From Candidatus Uhrbacteria bacterium (lineage in GTDB: Bacteria; Patescibacteriota; Patescibacteriia; UBA9934), in the NCBI GenBank assembly GCA_003518105.1, contig DOZH01000008.1:122128-186127 (forward strand): DNA of 64,000 nucleotides, in the 5' to 3' direction. The notes under the pieces were generated by a model that did not search any database, had not been told where the DNA came from, and saw only the letters and a program-made list of their open reading frames with translations. Position 1 is the stretch's first letter. The number at the start of each line of letters is the position of its first letter. Both the position numbers and the translations under genes were made by a program. Of this stretch, positions 9,632-18,951 are shown one piece after another.

Positions 9632-11389
9632 CTAAGGCAAAAATCCGCCAGCCTGGATACTCCACAATTTTTTATACGTCCCTTCGTGTTTAATTAATTC
9701 AGCGTGCGTGCCGGCGTCGATCACGTCGCCTTTTTCGATGACCACAATGCGGTCCATCTGCATAATCGTCGATAATCTGTGCGCGATAACGATGACAGTT
9801 TTACTCTTCATGAGCTCACTCAGGGCGTCTTGAATAAGAGCCTCGCTTTCGGAGTCCAAACTGCTTGTGGCCTCGTCGAGCACGAGAATGGGCGAGTTTT
9901 TAAGAATAGCCCTGGCGATAGCCACACGTTGACGTTCACCGCCGGAAAGCTTCACCCCCCGTTCACCGACTTTGGTGCTGTAGCCCAGTGGTAACTCCGC
10001 AATGAACTCGTGACAGTGCGCCTTCTTGCTGGCAGCAATCACCTCCTTATCGCTAGCCTCACGCCGGCCGTAACGGATGTTCTCCATGATGGTGCGGTGG
10101 AAGAGCAATGAGTCCTGCGGCACGAGCGAAACGAGCGAGCGCAAACTGTCCTGCGTCACTTTGCTGATATCCTGCCCGTCGATGGTAATACTACCCTTAG
10201 TGACATCAAAGAAGCGCATGAGTAGTTTGATAACAGTACTCTTTCCTGCTCCGCTCGGTCCAACAAAAGCAATTTTCTCACGAGCTTTTATATCAAGGTT
10301 CATATCCTCCATGATTGGACGATCGAGATTGTATCCGAAGGAGACGTTTTTAAAACTGATTTCACCTTTTTTGACTAAGAGTTTTTTAGCTCCACGCTTA
10401 TCCGTAATCTCAAAAGGCAATTCGAGGACGTCCACCATTTCCTTGGCGTCGGCAAAACCGTCGTAGAGATCACGAATGACCCGTCCGAAGTCGTACAGCC
10501 GCATGAACAAGGCCACAAGTGCCGTCTGAATGAGGGCAAAGTCGCCTAGCGTCATCTTTCCTTGCACATACAGGTTAATAGCCACATACATGGCCACGCC
10601 TTGTAACGCGAACATGAAGCCAGCTTGCACGCCGTCATTCACGCTACCCAAATTCCAGGTGAAGCTCACCATTTTACGCCAACGTGAATTTACTTCCCAG
10701 AACCTGGCGGCTTCGAACTTTTTTCCGACGAACTGCTGAATAGTTGTCGCATTACTCACGGCGTCGGCCAGCTTACCGCCTGATTCCGTGTCGAGCTCAG
10801 CGCGCACCAAGTCGTATTTAAGCTTCCAGCGAGCCACGATAATGTTGACGACCACGAACAAAACTGCCCAGCCGCTCAGAATTGCGGCAAACAATGGGCT
10901 ACGTAAATAGAAGATGACGATAGTACCAATAATGCTAATAAAAATCTGGACCAGCTTCCAGATGATTTGGTCCATGATGCGCTCGAAGGCGCGGCCGAAA
11001 CGATGGATTTTTTTGACCAGTGAACCGGCAAAGTTGTCGGTGAAAAAACGGTAGGAGTGATCGAGGAGGTGCTCGAAGGCCGTTTGCTCGAGGTCAATGA
11101 TGACGCGCGGCTGAATAAAGTTGTTAGTGACGTCGGCACAACGCTGCAAAAGCCACAGGCCAAAGTTAACGCCAACTATCCAAACCAGCACGCTAATCAA
11201 GGTCGACGCCAGGTCGGCACCAGTCTGACCTGTGGTGAACGCGTCAAAAAATTGCTTGTTGAGCAAGGCTGGCACCAAGTTAAGCAAGTTGAGGGCCACC
11301 AAAACAATAAGTAGAAACGCGAGCGCAACCGGATAACGCCTCACGTGTCGCCAGTAAACTTTTATTGTTGGGCCAATGGATAACGACAT
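9632..11389 (-). CDS. ABC exporter with fused permease and ATPase (MsbA/multidrug type, 585 aa)
   Basis: Six-helix transmembrane domain followed by an NBD with Walker A (GPSGAGKST), the signature LSGGERQR, and Walker B (ILVLDE). Confidence 0.9.
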   Translation of the reverse strand: MSLSIGPTIKVYWRHVRRYPVALAFLLIVLVALNLLNLVPALLNKQFFDAFTTGQTGADLASTLISVLVWIVGVNFGLWLLQRCADVTNNFIQPRVIIDLEQTAFEHLLDHSYRFFTDNFAGSLVKKIHRFGRAFERIMDQIIWKLVQIFISIIGTIVIFYLRSPLFAAILSGWAVLFVVVNIIVARWKLKYDLVRAELDTESGGKLADAVSNATTIQQFVGKKFEAARFWEVNSRWRKMVSFTWNLGSVNDGVQAGFMFALQGVAMYVAINLYVQGKMTLGDFALIQTALVALFMRLYDFGRVIRDLYDGFADAKEMVDVLELPFEITDKRGAKKLLVKKGEISFKNVSFGYNLDRPIMEDMNLDIKAREKIAFVGPSGAGKSTVIKLLMRFFDVTKGSITIDGQDISKVTQDSLRSLVSLVPQDSLLFHRTIMENIRYGRREASDKEVIAASKKAHCHEFIAELPLGYSTKVGERGVKLSGGERQRVAIARAILKNSPILVLDEATSSLDSESEALIQDALSELMKSKTVIVIAHRLSTIMQMDRIVVIEKGDVIDAGTHAELIKHEGTYKKLWSIQAGGFLP

Positions 11390-11405
11390 GGCCAGATTAT
11401 ACCAC

Positions 11406-11444
11406 AGGTGAATACCCCTGGTTTATACCCCAGGTGTATTCACC
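11406..11444. other. imperfect 15-16 bp inverted repeat in the intergenic region between two minus-strand genes
   Basis: AGGTGAATACCCCTGG, a TTTATA loop region, then CCAGGTGTATTCACC. Confidence 0.4.
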
Positions 11445-11452
11445 AATCCCTT

Positions 11453-12934
11453 CTACAATCCCTTCAACACCCGATAAATCTCCACCATCGCCCAAGTGTC
11501 GAGCGCGCAGTAGTCGAGCAAATCGCGTTTAATCTTCTCCTTATCACTGGCCGACGTCGACGCTAAGATGAGCTTCTCCCAACGCTCACTCGCCTGGTCG
11601 CCCTTGCTGATGTTCATCACACTGTAATTGAGCTCGGGAACGAGTACTGGCAAAACTTTTTTAATACTTGCACTCCCCTTAAAAGCCGGGTCGACGTAAT
11701 AGCCATCAGAAAAAATCGTCATCAAGTCGAACATCTTGTCATTAATTTCTTTCAAGAACGAGGCGTGCTCAGGATGCAGTTCAGCTAGCTTATCGTTACG
11801 CTGCTTCTCATAACTACTATACCAACTGATTACCGTCCCGTTAGGATCGAGGTCGAGCTTCATCCTTTCAATAAGTGGCAAGGTCAAATCACCCTCGGGC
11901 TCGGTGATGAGAAACTCACGATGCTCAATCTCCCCATCTGCTCCCATGATGTGGAGCGAGTATTGGAAAGGAATTTGCTCATACGCTCCAAAGCCGTCGA
12001 ACATGGGAATGGCACTCGAGTAGCCCTCGTAATCAAAGAACTGCAAAGGGAACACCAAGCCGCCGAGCGCCTCTTTAATGGCCCCATAGTCGATGATGGC
12101 CTTCCCGAGCACATAAGACTCATACTGCAACTTTTGCGCCGCATTCAAGTCTTCTGGATTGTGAATGTCCGTCAACGCCAACTCCCCCCGGTCCACCCAA
12201 TCAATCAACTTCTTCTTGCTCATGCCAATCCGGTTGAAATTGTGCACTGAATACTCGGGCACTTCAGGATTGGAATACGCAAAAGTGGAGCAGTGATTAC
12301 TCCTCCCCTCGTACACGCAAGCGCAACCCTTTTCCTCCGGCAACGTCAAACACTCCTTCATCTGCATCATCTCCCCCTTTACCTGCTCTTCCGCCGCCGT
12401 CACTTCACCCGTCAAATCAGATTCGATGAATAACTCACAATTCACCACCTTGCCATTTTTACGATATTCACGATTCAAATGAATGACGCCGGTCTTAACT
12501 ACTTTCACCCCACACGCCTCAATGACAATTTTCTGAAAAGCCAAGTCGTTGACGTGGTGATGCGGCACTTTACGCTTCACCTCATTCGTCGCTTTCACCT
12601 CCCATAACTCCCAACCGCCGAGCTCTACATTAAAACACAAAATATCCGCCCGTAAGTAAAATACGTCCTCCTGGAACGTCGCCTGAAAAATAGTCTTCTT
12701 CTCCTCCATGACCTTCTTAGTATCAATCACCGCTTGGCCATGATGTGATTCGACGAGCACGCCTTCTGGATAAAGGAGTCTACAAGCCGCCTCTGCCAAG
12801 TTACCATCCTCGATAATCTTCTTCTCAAAGTCGCTAAACTCCACATCTACAAATAACTCGGGCTTATGCTTACGCAGCCACAGGTTCTTGCGACAAAATG
12901 TATATTCCAGGTAATCGGTTTTGGTGATGAGCAT
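11453..12934 (-). CDS. PD-(D/E)XK nuclease-superfamily protein (DUF2779-like, 493 aa)
   Basis: A D..ELWEVK motif (ADILCFNVELGGWELWEVKATN) typical of RecB-like PD-(D/E)XK nucleases. Length and N-terminus resemble the DUF2779 family. This is a by-eye call. Confidence 0.45.
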   Translation of the reverse strand: MLITKTDYLEYTFCRKNLWLRKHKPELFVDVEFSDFEKKIIEDGNLAEAACRLLYPEGVLVESHHGQAVIDTKKVMEEKKTIFQATFQEDVFYLRADILCFNVELGGWELWEVKATNEVKRKVPHHHVNDLAFQKIVIEACGVKVVKTGVIHLNREYRKNGKVVNCELFIESDLTGEVTAAEEQVKGEMMQMKECLTLPEEKGCACVYEGRSNHCSTFAYSNPEVPEYSVHNFNRIGMSKKKLIDWVDRGELALTDIHNPEDLNAAQKLQYESYVLGKAIIDYGAIKEALGGLVFPLQFFDYEGYSSAIPMFDGFGAYEQIPFQYSLHIMGADGEIEHREFLITEPEGDLTLPLIERMKLDLDPNGTVISWYSSYEKQRNDKLAELHPEHASFLKEINDKMFDLMTIFSDGYYVDPAFKGSASIKKVLPVLVPELNYSVMNISKGDQASERWEKLILASTSASDKEKIKRDLLDYCALDTWAMVEIYRVLKGL

Positions 12935-12936
12935 AG

Positions 12937-13317
12937 CTATAGAGTTTTAAGGTATTCAACAATTCTTGCGCGATCCTCATTAGCTTTATCTCCCTTAAAG
13001 TATATTTCTATATATAAAAAGGTTAGAGAAGTTTCGTGATAGGCGTAAATAACTCGTATCGCATGATTTCGCAGGCTTCGACATGATAATCGTGATTTAA
13101 TAATTGTGACTTCATTCGCCTTCTGTAGTATCGAGAAATTATTGCCAGTTCCTAATGGATACTGCTCCAACAAGATTTGGAGTCTGCCTAGATCTTCAAC
13201 CAAGCTTGGGTATTTCTTATTTAGTCTTTTAAACTCTCGAGAAAACTCTGGCAGTTCTCTAAAGTTGGTCATATTCCCCAACCGAAGTTTCCACCGGTCG
13301 ATAAAAGACGAACTCAT
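12937..13317 (-). CDS. RelE/ParE-superfamily-like toxin candidate
   Basis: The C-terminal pattern RVIYAYHE..LTFLYIEIYFKGD resembles RelE/HigB toxins. An alternative ATG at 13272 (MTNFRELPEF) would overlap the upstream gene by only 14 nt. Confidence 0.45.
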   Translation of the reverse strand: MSSSFIDRWKLRLGNMTNFRELPEFSREFKRLNKKYPSLVEDLGRLQILLEQYPLGTGNNFSILQKANEVTIIKSRLSCRSLRNHAIRVIYAYHETSLTFLYIEIYFKGDKANEDRARIVEYLKTL

Positions 13318-14143
13318 AATCTAACACCTGCCTATCCTTAGCAATAAACCACGGCGTATCCTTATGCGATAAAGCCGAAATCTGCGCTGCTGTCATGTCT
13401 GACAATCTATTGAGCTCCCAATCAATATGAGCTATCTCCATGCCAGATAATTCCGTCAAGCTAATAGCTTCATTCGGGTTAACTAAATACTTAGTTTGGT
13501 CGTATTTATAAAACTTACTCTTAATAGTTTCGAGCTTACCCGATTCCTCCAACTCCTGAATTATCTTAGCAAAGATAACTGGCGTCGGCCCATGCGTATT
13601 TTTAATATAACGAGCACCAATCAGCTGCTCGTCATACTTTTCGTAATAATCGAAGTCAATAAAATACAAAATTTTGTAAAGAGTAGTTTGGCCGACATTC
13701 GGTTTACCCCCAATTTTCAACAAAATATACAACAAAACTTGTTTGAACTTCTCGACTCTCTCCTGCGGCACCGAAATTCTATCCTCAGCAACAACTACAG
13801 GCTTAGTTTCATTCTTATTCGACTTGGTTTGCATTACCTCATGGCAGACAACCTTACCAGCTCTAATATCCTCAAACGAAATATCAAAAATCTGACTCAA
13901 TACTTCCGCCTCCCCGAAAGTGAGCTCTCTTTTTCCCTGTTCAAAGGCAATATAACTCGAGCGCGAAATCTCGAGTCTCTCCGCCACCTCCAATTGTGAC
14001 CAGCCTCGCTCTAACCGCAGCTTTTTGATAAGTGGACAATATAGTTTAGACATAACTAAAGTGTAGCTTTTTAATGTCGTAATGTCAAACAGTTCAATGT
14101 GTGGATAATTGACACTATCATCAAATCTCACTCCTTTAAGCAA
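13259..14143 (-). CDS. HTH-XRE plus DUF4065/Panacea (SocA-like) domain protein, putative antitoxin
   Basis: N-terminal XRE helix-turn-helix (LRLERGWSQLEVAERLEISRSSYIAFEQG), then a central region (GKPNVGQTTLYKILYFIDFDYYEKYDEQLIGARYIKNTHGPTP) matching the Panacea/DUF4065 signature. Confidence 0.55.
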   Translation of the reverse strand: MLKGVRFDDSVNYPHIELFDITTLKSYTLVMSKLYCPLIKKLRLERGWSQLEVAERLEISRSSYIAFEQGKRELTFGEAEVLSQIFDISFEDIRAGKVVCHEVMQTKSNKNETKPVVVAEDRISVPQERVEKFKQVLLYILLKIGGKPNVGQTTLYKILYFIDFDYYEKYDEQLIGARYIKNTHGPTPVIFAKIIQELEESGKLETIKSKFYKYDQTKYLVNPNEAISLTELSGMEIAHIDWELNRLSDMTAAQISALSHKDTPWFIAKDRQVLDYEFVFYRPVETSVGEYDQL

Positions 14144-14145
14144 TC

Positions 14146-14604
14146 CTACAACTCCACATATTCCTCTGTACTTGTGTCCTCCTGATTATACGCCAAGTCG
14201 TCACTATCAGCGTCGACGTTGGGCGAGGCGGCCTGGTTCACCTGGCCAGTGCTGACTGCCGTCTGTAACGCCTTTGTAGCCCACAGCCGAAAATGCGTAG
14301 CCACAGCCGGCTTGGTGCGATAGCCCACGGAGATAATCGCATCAAGATTGTAGAACTGCGTATTGTACTTTTTCCCATCCTTTGCAGTTATCCGGTATTT
14401 CCGGATAACTGTATTCTGGCTAAGCTCAGCAGTTTTGAATATATTCTGCAAATGCTCATTCACCGTCCGCACATCCACCCCGAACAAACCCGCCATCATC
14501 TTCTGACTCAACCACACACTCCCCAGCTCCACGCGTACCTGAATGCGGCCTGCGCCATGAGGAGAGGTGTAGAGGATCTTTGGTGTTGTTGATAACTTTG
14601 ACAA
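14146..14604 (-). CDS. RhuM-family protein, N-terminal-domain-only fragment (152 aa), apparent TTG start; possibly a gene remnant
   Basis: It aligns by eye to the N-terminal 120 residues of the full-length RhuM paralog at 23804-24820 (VWL.Q.QMA.LF, YNLD.IISVGYR, FR.WAT). It then diverges and stops, with only 2 nt before the next gene. Confidence 0.5.
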   Translation of the reverse strand: MSKLSTTPKILYTSPHGAGRIQVRVELGSVWLSQKMMAGLFGVDVRTVNEHLQNIFKTAELSQNTVIRKYRITAKDGKKYNTQFYNLDAIISVGYRTKPAVATHFRLWATKALQTAVSTGQVNQAASPNVDADSDDLAYNQEDTSTEEYVEL

Positions 14605-14705
14605 AAAGCAAAATTTCTGGAATAATTTAGTTGGAAGTGCCTCATATCCGAACTGTAGCGTTTATCGCTGCGTTCCCGAAAGGGATAGGATATGAGGCTT
14701 TTGTT

Positions 14706-15338
14706 TTATAACGAAGGCCAGGTTTGTACAAAAATTTCTCTGTGAGCTATTAGCCGACGGAACTCGTCTGATCTCGACTGCCCGCTCTGAACAGAACGAC
14801 AAGTAATACTGGCCGTATAATCTGCTAATTGCAATAAGTTATTACTTTGCGACCTTTGCATCTTAACTTTTCTAATAACTGATTCTCCAGTATTTCCTTT
14901 AACTTTTTGTCGCAGATAACGAGCTAACTGTTGCTGAAAATCATCTCCACTACTTTCATCGATCACCACAATAGCCTCAGAAATTCTTCCCTTGGCATTT
15001 TCAAATACTAAACCACAGACGTACTTATAGAATGAGCTCTTGTTCTTGAATCCTTCTCCGTATAATTTGTCCTTATTGATAACAATTCCGTAATAGAAGA
15101 ATCCATAAGGCCCTACCGCCTCTAAAAATGCCTTGCGTACCCTCGCTGAATTACGCTTAAAGTGAAATTCCTGACCAGCTCTCCACCCGAGTTCACGTTT
15201 CAATAACTCTATCCTCTGATCACAAGCTGTAGCCTCGTCGCTATCCCAAAATGCCACCAAAGAAATACCAAAATATTTGCTCGACCCAGCGGCCAGCTTC
15301 AGACCAGTATCTCCAGATTCATCAATAAAAACCAACAT
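14706..15338 (-). CDS. DUF3800 domain protein (210 aa)
   Basis: N-terminal LVFIDESGD and C-terminal LLQLADY are the hallmark ends of DUF3800. Confidence 0.55.
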   Translation of the reverse strand: MLVFIDESGDTGLKLAAGSSKYFGISLVAFWDSDEATACDQRIELLKRELGWRAGQEFHFKRNSARVRKAFLEAVGPYGFFYYGIVINKDKLYGEGFKNKSSFYKYVCGLVFENAKGRISEAIVVIDESSGDDFQQQLARYLRQKVKGNTGESVIRKVKMQRSQSNNLLQLADYTASITCRSVQSGQSRSDEFRRLIAHREIFVQTWPSL

Positions 15339-15445
15339 GAGAGCTTATCAATAACTTTTCTATTATATCAAGACAGGGTGACGTTCGACTATAATTCCAA
15401 ACAACTCCTCCCATCTGCCTTTGACTCAACCACGAAACTTAACAG

Positions 15446-16135
15446 TTATCTCAACTCAACCGGTGCCAAACCATTCAAAGCCTTATGAGGGAAATAGTTC
15501 CAAGCATTCGTTACTAGCTCTATAGCGTCACCCAAGTCAATCTTCCGACCACCATCATCAAATATAGCTAGAATATCAGTCATGTCGTCTGTCTCTTCCT
15601 CATTATAAATCATGTCTTTAATCTCCTGTAGTGTATGGCCACCTTCAACCAATTCAAGCATATCAAGTAGGTCATGCTCAATCAAAACACGCTGCTTAAT
15701 AATTTGCTTTTGTGATAATTTACGACTTGAACTCTTTACCTGCAACGGCGACTTAACTACCGGTGGTATATCAAGTTTCGCCATGACAAATTCATGCAAT
15801 CCAATCAACATATCTTCACACTCCTTGGCTCGCTTAGCAGCTCTAGCTAGCACAACCTCACCGGTATATTCTTCAAGAAAAGCACAAGTCACAAAACCTT
15901 CCTTTTCTCCGCAATCCTCTGCTTGATCTAGTAATTGCTGCACCTCTTCGTCATCCTTGAATAATACTCGATGCTTCTTAATTAGATTAAATGTTAAAGG
16001 ATTGAGGTCAATTTCCACAGTTATAAAAACTCTGCTAACAGCGTCTCCCCATATTCGTGTTTCGGTAATCAACCTTACCTGAGAATATGGCTTATCGCCC
16101 CACATTTCATCTTTTTGCTGTTGTGTTAGTGTCAT
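15446..16135 (-). CDS. hypothetical protein (229 aa), acidic, no recognised domain
   Basis: ORF track entry. It sits on the same strand within the AT-rich island. Confidence 0.45.
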   Translation of the reverse strand: MTLTQQQKDEMWGDKPYSQVRLITETRIWGDAVSRVFITVEIDLNPLTFNLIKKHRVLFKDDEEVQQLLDQAEDCGEKEGFVTCAFLEEYTGEVVLARAAKRAKECEDMLIGLHEFVMAKLDIPPVVKSPLQVKSSSRKLSQKQIIKQRVLIEHDLLDMLELVEGGHTLQEIKDMIYNEEETDDMTDILAIFDDGGRKIDLGDAIELVTNAWNYFPHKALNGLAPVELR

Positions 16136-16220
16136 ATTTAACTTAAATAAATTCTTAATCTATTCCTCAGATAAAGCATCAAATCTCTTCAACTCCTCGT
16201 TAAATGCCGCCCTCATCTCC

Positions 16221-16610
16221 TTAATTAATAGTCATCGGTGCGTCTTGATCAACCTTAACATGCCCATTTTCTAAACACCAACTATAACACTGCAAAATCG
16301 CTCTAGCTAATCGTCGAATTCTATCATTACCACACAGCATCTTACGTGGTAAAAAATAACTAATAAAATCAGCAAAAAATACTCCATCCAAAAACTCAGC
16401 ACTAAAATACTCTGTGAATCTCTCCCCTTTAAACTCACTCCTTTCAAATGTCTCCAACTCTTCATCTTCCAAGAAATCGGTGCAGTAACCGTCACAATAA
16501 TCCTCAAACAATCCCACGGCATCTTGATGACAAGCTAAAACCGCCAGACTTGAAACTTTAGCCCGTGCTTCTAGATATTCCAGCAAAACATCATGAATTG
16601 TTTTATCCAT
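16221..16610 (-). CDS. hypothetical protein (129 aa)
   Basis: ORF track entry. It is Cys-containing and acidic, with no recognised domain. Confidence 0.4.
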   Translation of the reverse strand: MDKTIHDVLLEYLEARAKVSSLAVLACHQDAVGLFEDYCDGYCTDFLEDEELETFERSEFKGERFTEYFSAEFLDGVFFADFISYFLPRKMLCGNDRIRRLARAILQCYSWCLENGHVKVDQDAPMTIN

Positions 16611-16617
16611 AAATTAG

Positions 16618-17070
16618 TTAATTAACTTCTTTAGTTTCTCGATTCCATTGCTCAATATCAATTTTCCCAGTGTGCCGCTTCTCCTCCCCCTGTATAATAT
16701 AGTTAATTATTTGAGGTATCTCTCCATTTATTGTTAAATGCAAAACCAAACCTATTCCTCCCGGCAGTAATGGATTAGCATGTTTATAGATTAAACGACC
16801 GGAATGCCCAACTATAAAATCGCCAGATATAAGACTAACTGAACCTAAGTCTAAATTCAATAGAGGGGTGTGAAGAGCAGTTCTTCCTTCGTTAACTAGA
16901 AAAAAAGTTAGAGTAACTTGATTTATTGTCCTGGTATCGGTTGCTTTTAATTTAAGTGATGGTTTAGGTAATTGATAATATGAGAATGCCAGCTGACCGA
17001 TAAAAACCGCTACGCCGACCAACAGTGGAGCCAATAAAAATTCTGCAATCCACTCCATAGCACCAAACAT
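16618..17070 (-). CDS. hypothetical membrane-anchored protein (150 aa)
   Basis: One N-terminal transmembrane helix (LLAPLLVGVAVFIGQLAF). It is separated from the upstream gene by 7 nt and from the downstream gene by 7 nt. Confidence 0.4.
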   Translation of the reverse strand: MFGAMEWIAEFLLAPLLVGVAVFIGQLAFSYYQLPKPSLKLKATDTRTINQVTLTFFLVNEGRTALHTPLLNLDLGSVSLISGDFIVGHSGRLIYKHANPLLPGGIGLVLHLTINGEIPQIINYIIQGEEKRHTGKIDIEQWNRETKEVN

Positions 17071-17076
17071 AAAATC

Positions 17077-18942
17077 TTAAACCAACCCCATCATCTCCCC
17101 AAACGCCTGGGACAGCTTCCACTTCTTCGTGGTATCGACAGCGCGGTGTAAGCCAATAAAACGGGTATCCTTGAATTTAGTTAGCTCCTCTACCGTATCC
17201 TCATGCAAATCAGCATCCAAGCAGACAATTGCCGTCCTATCGCCATCAGTCACCCTCCACACCACGTTACGAGTGAACTCCGGCAACTGCTCCTTCTGCA
17301 TGGTCAGCATAAAGCCCTGCTTCACCAAAGTCTCATACAACAAATCCGTCTCTTTACCCTCCGGTGTAAACATCAACTGCTGCTTAGCTCGCGCCAAATG
17401 TTCTTCAAACGCCTGTACGTTCTCTTCGTCCGTCTTCTCAGGATCCGACTCAAAATTATTCTCTGGGAAGACGCTAGTCGTCAACTTGAATACCTTAAAC
17501 CCAATATCAACCTCTGGCTTCTCAGCCTTAATCCTCTCCCCGGCCCTTTTAGCCCGTTCAATCGTAATACTGGAAATCTTTTTATACCCCGCTTTATACG
17601 CCTCACTATCCTCAGCGATCGCCTCAGGGATCTGCACCAAAATAAACTGCCTATTCCCACCATCTTCTTTATTCAATTCCATCACCGCCTGTGCTGTCGT
17701 ACCCGAACCTCCGAAGAAATCTACAACAAGATCTGATACATCAACGTTAGCGAGAGTTAATAATCTTGTAATTAACCTTACTGGTTTCGGGCCATCAAAA
17801 TTAACGCTATCATTAAATAGTTGCTTCACCTCTTTCGCTCCCTCCTGGCTATGGCCGACATCTTTATAAAATAATATTGAGGTTGGCGTCATTCCTTCTC
17901 TAACCTCCGACAAAAATCTTTTTATGGAAGGTACACTATTTCCGTCCTTGCCGAACCAAATTCGATTGTCTTCGAGTCTCTCAAAAAATGCATTTTTTGA
18001 GAGACTCCAGCAGCGCGCTGCTGGAGGCTCTACAACTCTTCCCGAGGGAGTAGTTATAGGATAGTCATTGTTAGCGCTATAAGTTTTTACCGACATGTCA
18101 CTAGCCTTCCATGCGCCACGAGGATCATTATCTAGATTCTGATAACGATCATTGGCTTCTTGAGAACGCTCTAATTTTCCTACCGTAAAGTCGGGAATAC
18201 TTTTTGCGTACATCAATACATAATCGTGGCTGTTAGAAATGTACTTGGCATCATTTTTCGGAGCATAAGCCCTCTCCCAAATCAATTGACTAACAAAATT
18301 TTCCATTCCAAACACCTCATCCATCAACTTCCTCAAATTATGCACTTCATTATCATCAATGCTGACAAAAATCACCCCGTCGTTTTTGAGTATCATCTGC
18401 GCCAAGAGTAAACGTGGCATCATCATGTTGAGCCAGTTGGTGTGATAGCGTCCGGCGCTTTCCGAGTTAGTGTCCACCTTTACGCCATCGCGGAACACGC
18501 CATTCTTCTCCCAATAAGCCTGCTTGCCTTCGGAGTAGTCGTCGGAGTAAACAAAATCATGGCCAGTGTTATAAGGAGGATCGATATAAATACACTTCAC
18601 CTTATTGTAATAGGCTTTGGATAGCAATTTAAGCACTTCCAAGTTCTCCCCCTCGATGATAACGTTCTTGGTCTCGTCGAAGTTCACACTACGCTCAAAG
18701 TCTGGCGCTAGACGGGCCTTACTACTCGTAAAGGCGTTCTTCTTAGCCTGCATCTTCCCTGGCCATTTGAACTCAAACTTTTCGCCTAACGACAAATCGT
18801 AGTTATGCGCCAAGGCATGGATCTCATCAATGCTGATTAGTCCCTCATCCGTAAACAAATCTGGATACAGCTTTTTAATTACTGCCAATCTTTCTTCACG
18901 CCAATCAGGTGAGGTAATATTTTTAGTGATTTCGTTATTCAT
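17077..18942 (-). CDS. mod: Type III restriction-modification methyltransferase (Mod), N6-adenine, beta class
   Basis: Motif IV DPPY (IYIDPPYNTG) precedes a C-terminal motif I FFGGSGTTAQA. The size is about 620 aa, and it sits next to a Res-like helicase-nuclease. Confidence 0.85.
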   Translation of the reverse strand: MNNEITKNITSPDWREERLAVIKKLYPDLFTDEGLISIDEIHALAHNYDLSLGEKFEFKWPGKMQAKKNAFTSSKARLAPDFERSVNFDETKNVIIEGENLEVLKLLSKAYYNKVKCIYIDPPYNTGHDFVYSDDYSEGKQAYWEKNGVFRDGVKVDTNSESAGRYHTNWLNMMMPRLLLAQMILKNDGVIFVSIDDNEVHNLRKLMDEVFGMENFVSQLIWERAYAPKNDAKYISNSHDYVLMYAKSIPDFTVGKLERSQEANDRYQNLDNDPRGAWKASDMSVKTYSANNDYPITTPSGRVVEPPAARCWSLSKNAFFERLEDNRIWFGKDGNSVPSIKRFLSEVREGMTPTSILFYKDVGHSQEGAKEVKQLFNDSVNFDGPKPVRLITRLLTLANVDVSDLVVDFFGGSGTTAQAVMELNKEDGGNRQFILVQIPEAIAEDSEAYKAGYKKISSITIERAKRAGERIKAEKPEVDIGFKVFKLTTSVFPENNFESDPEKTDEENVQAFEEHLARAKQQLMFTPEGKETDLLYETLVKQGFMLTMQKEQLPEFTRNVVWRVTDGDRTAIVCLDADLHEDTVEELTKFKDTRFIGLHRAVDTTKKWKLSQAFGEMMGLV

Positions 18943-18951
18943 ATAGGCCTA

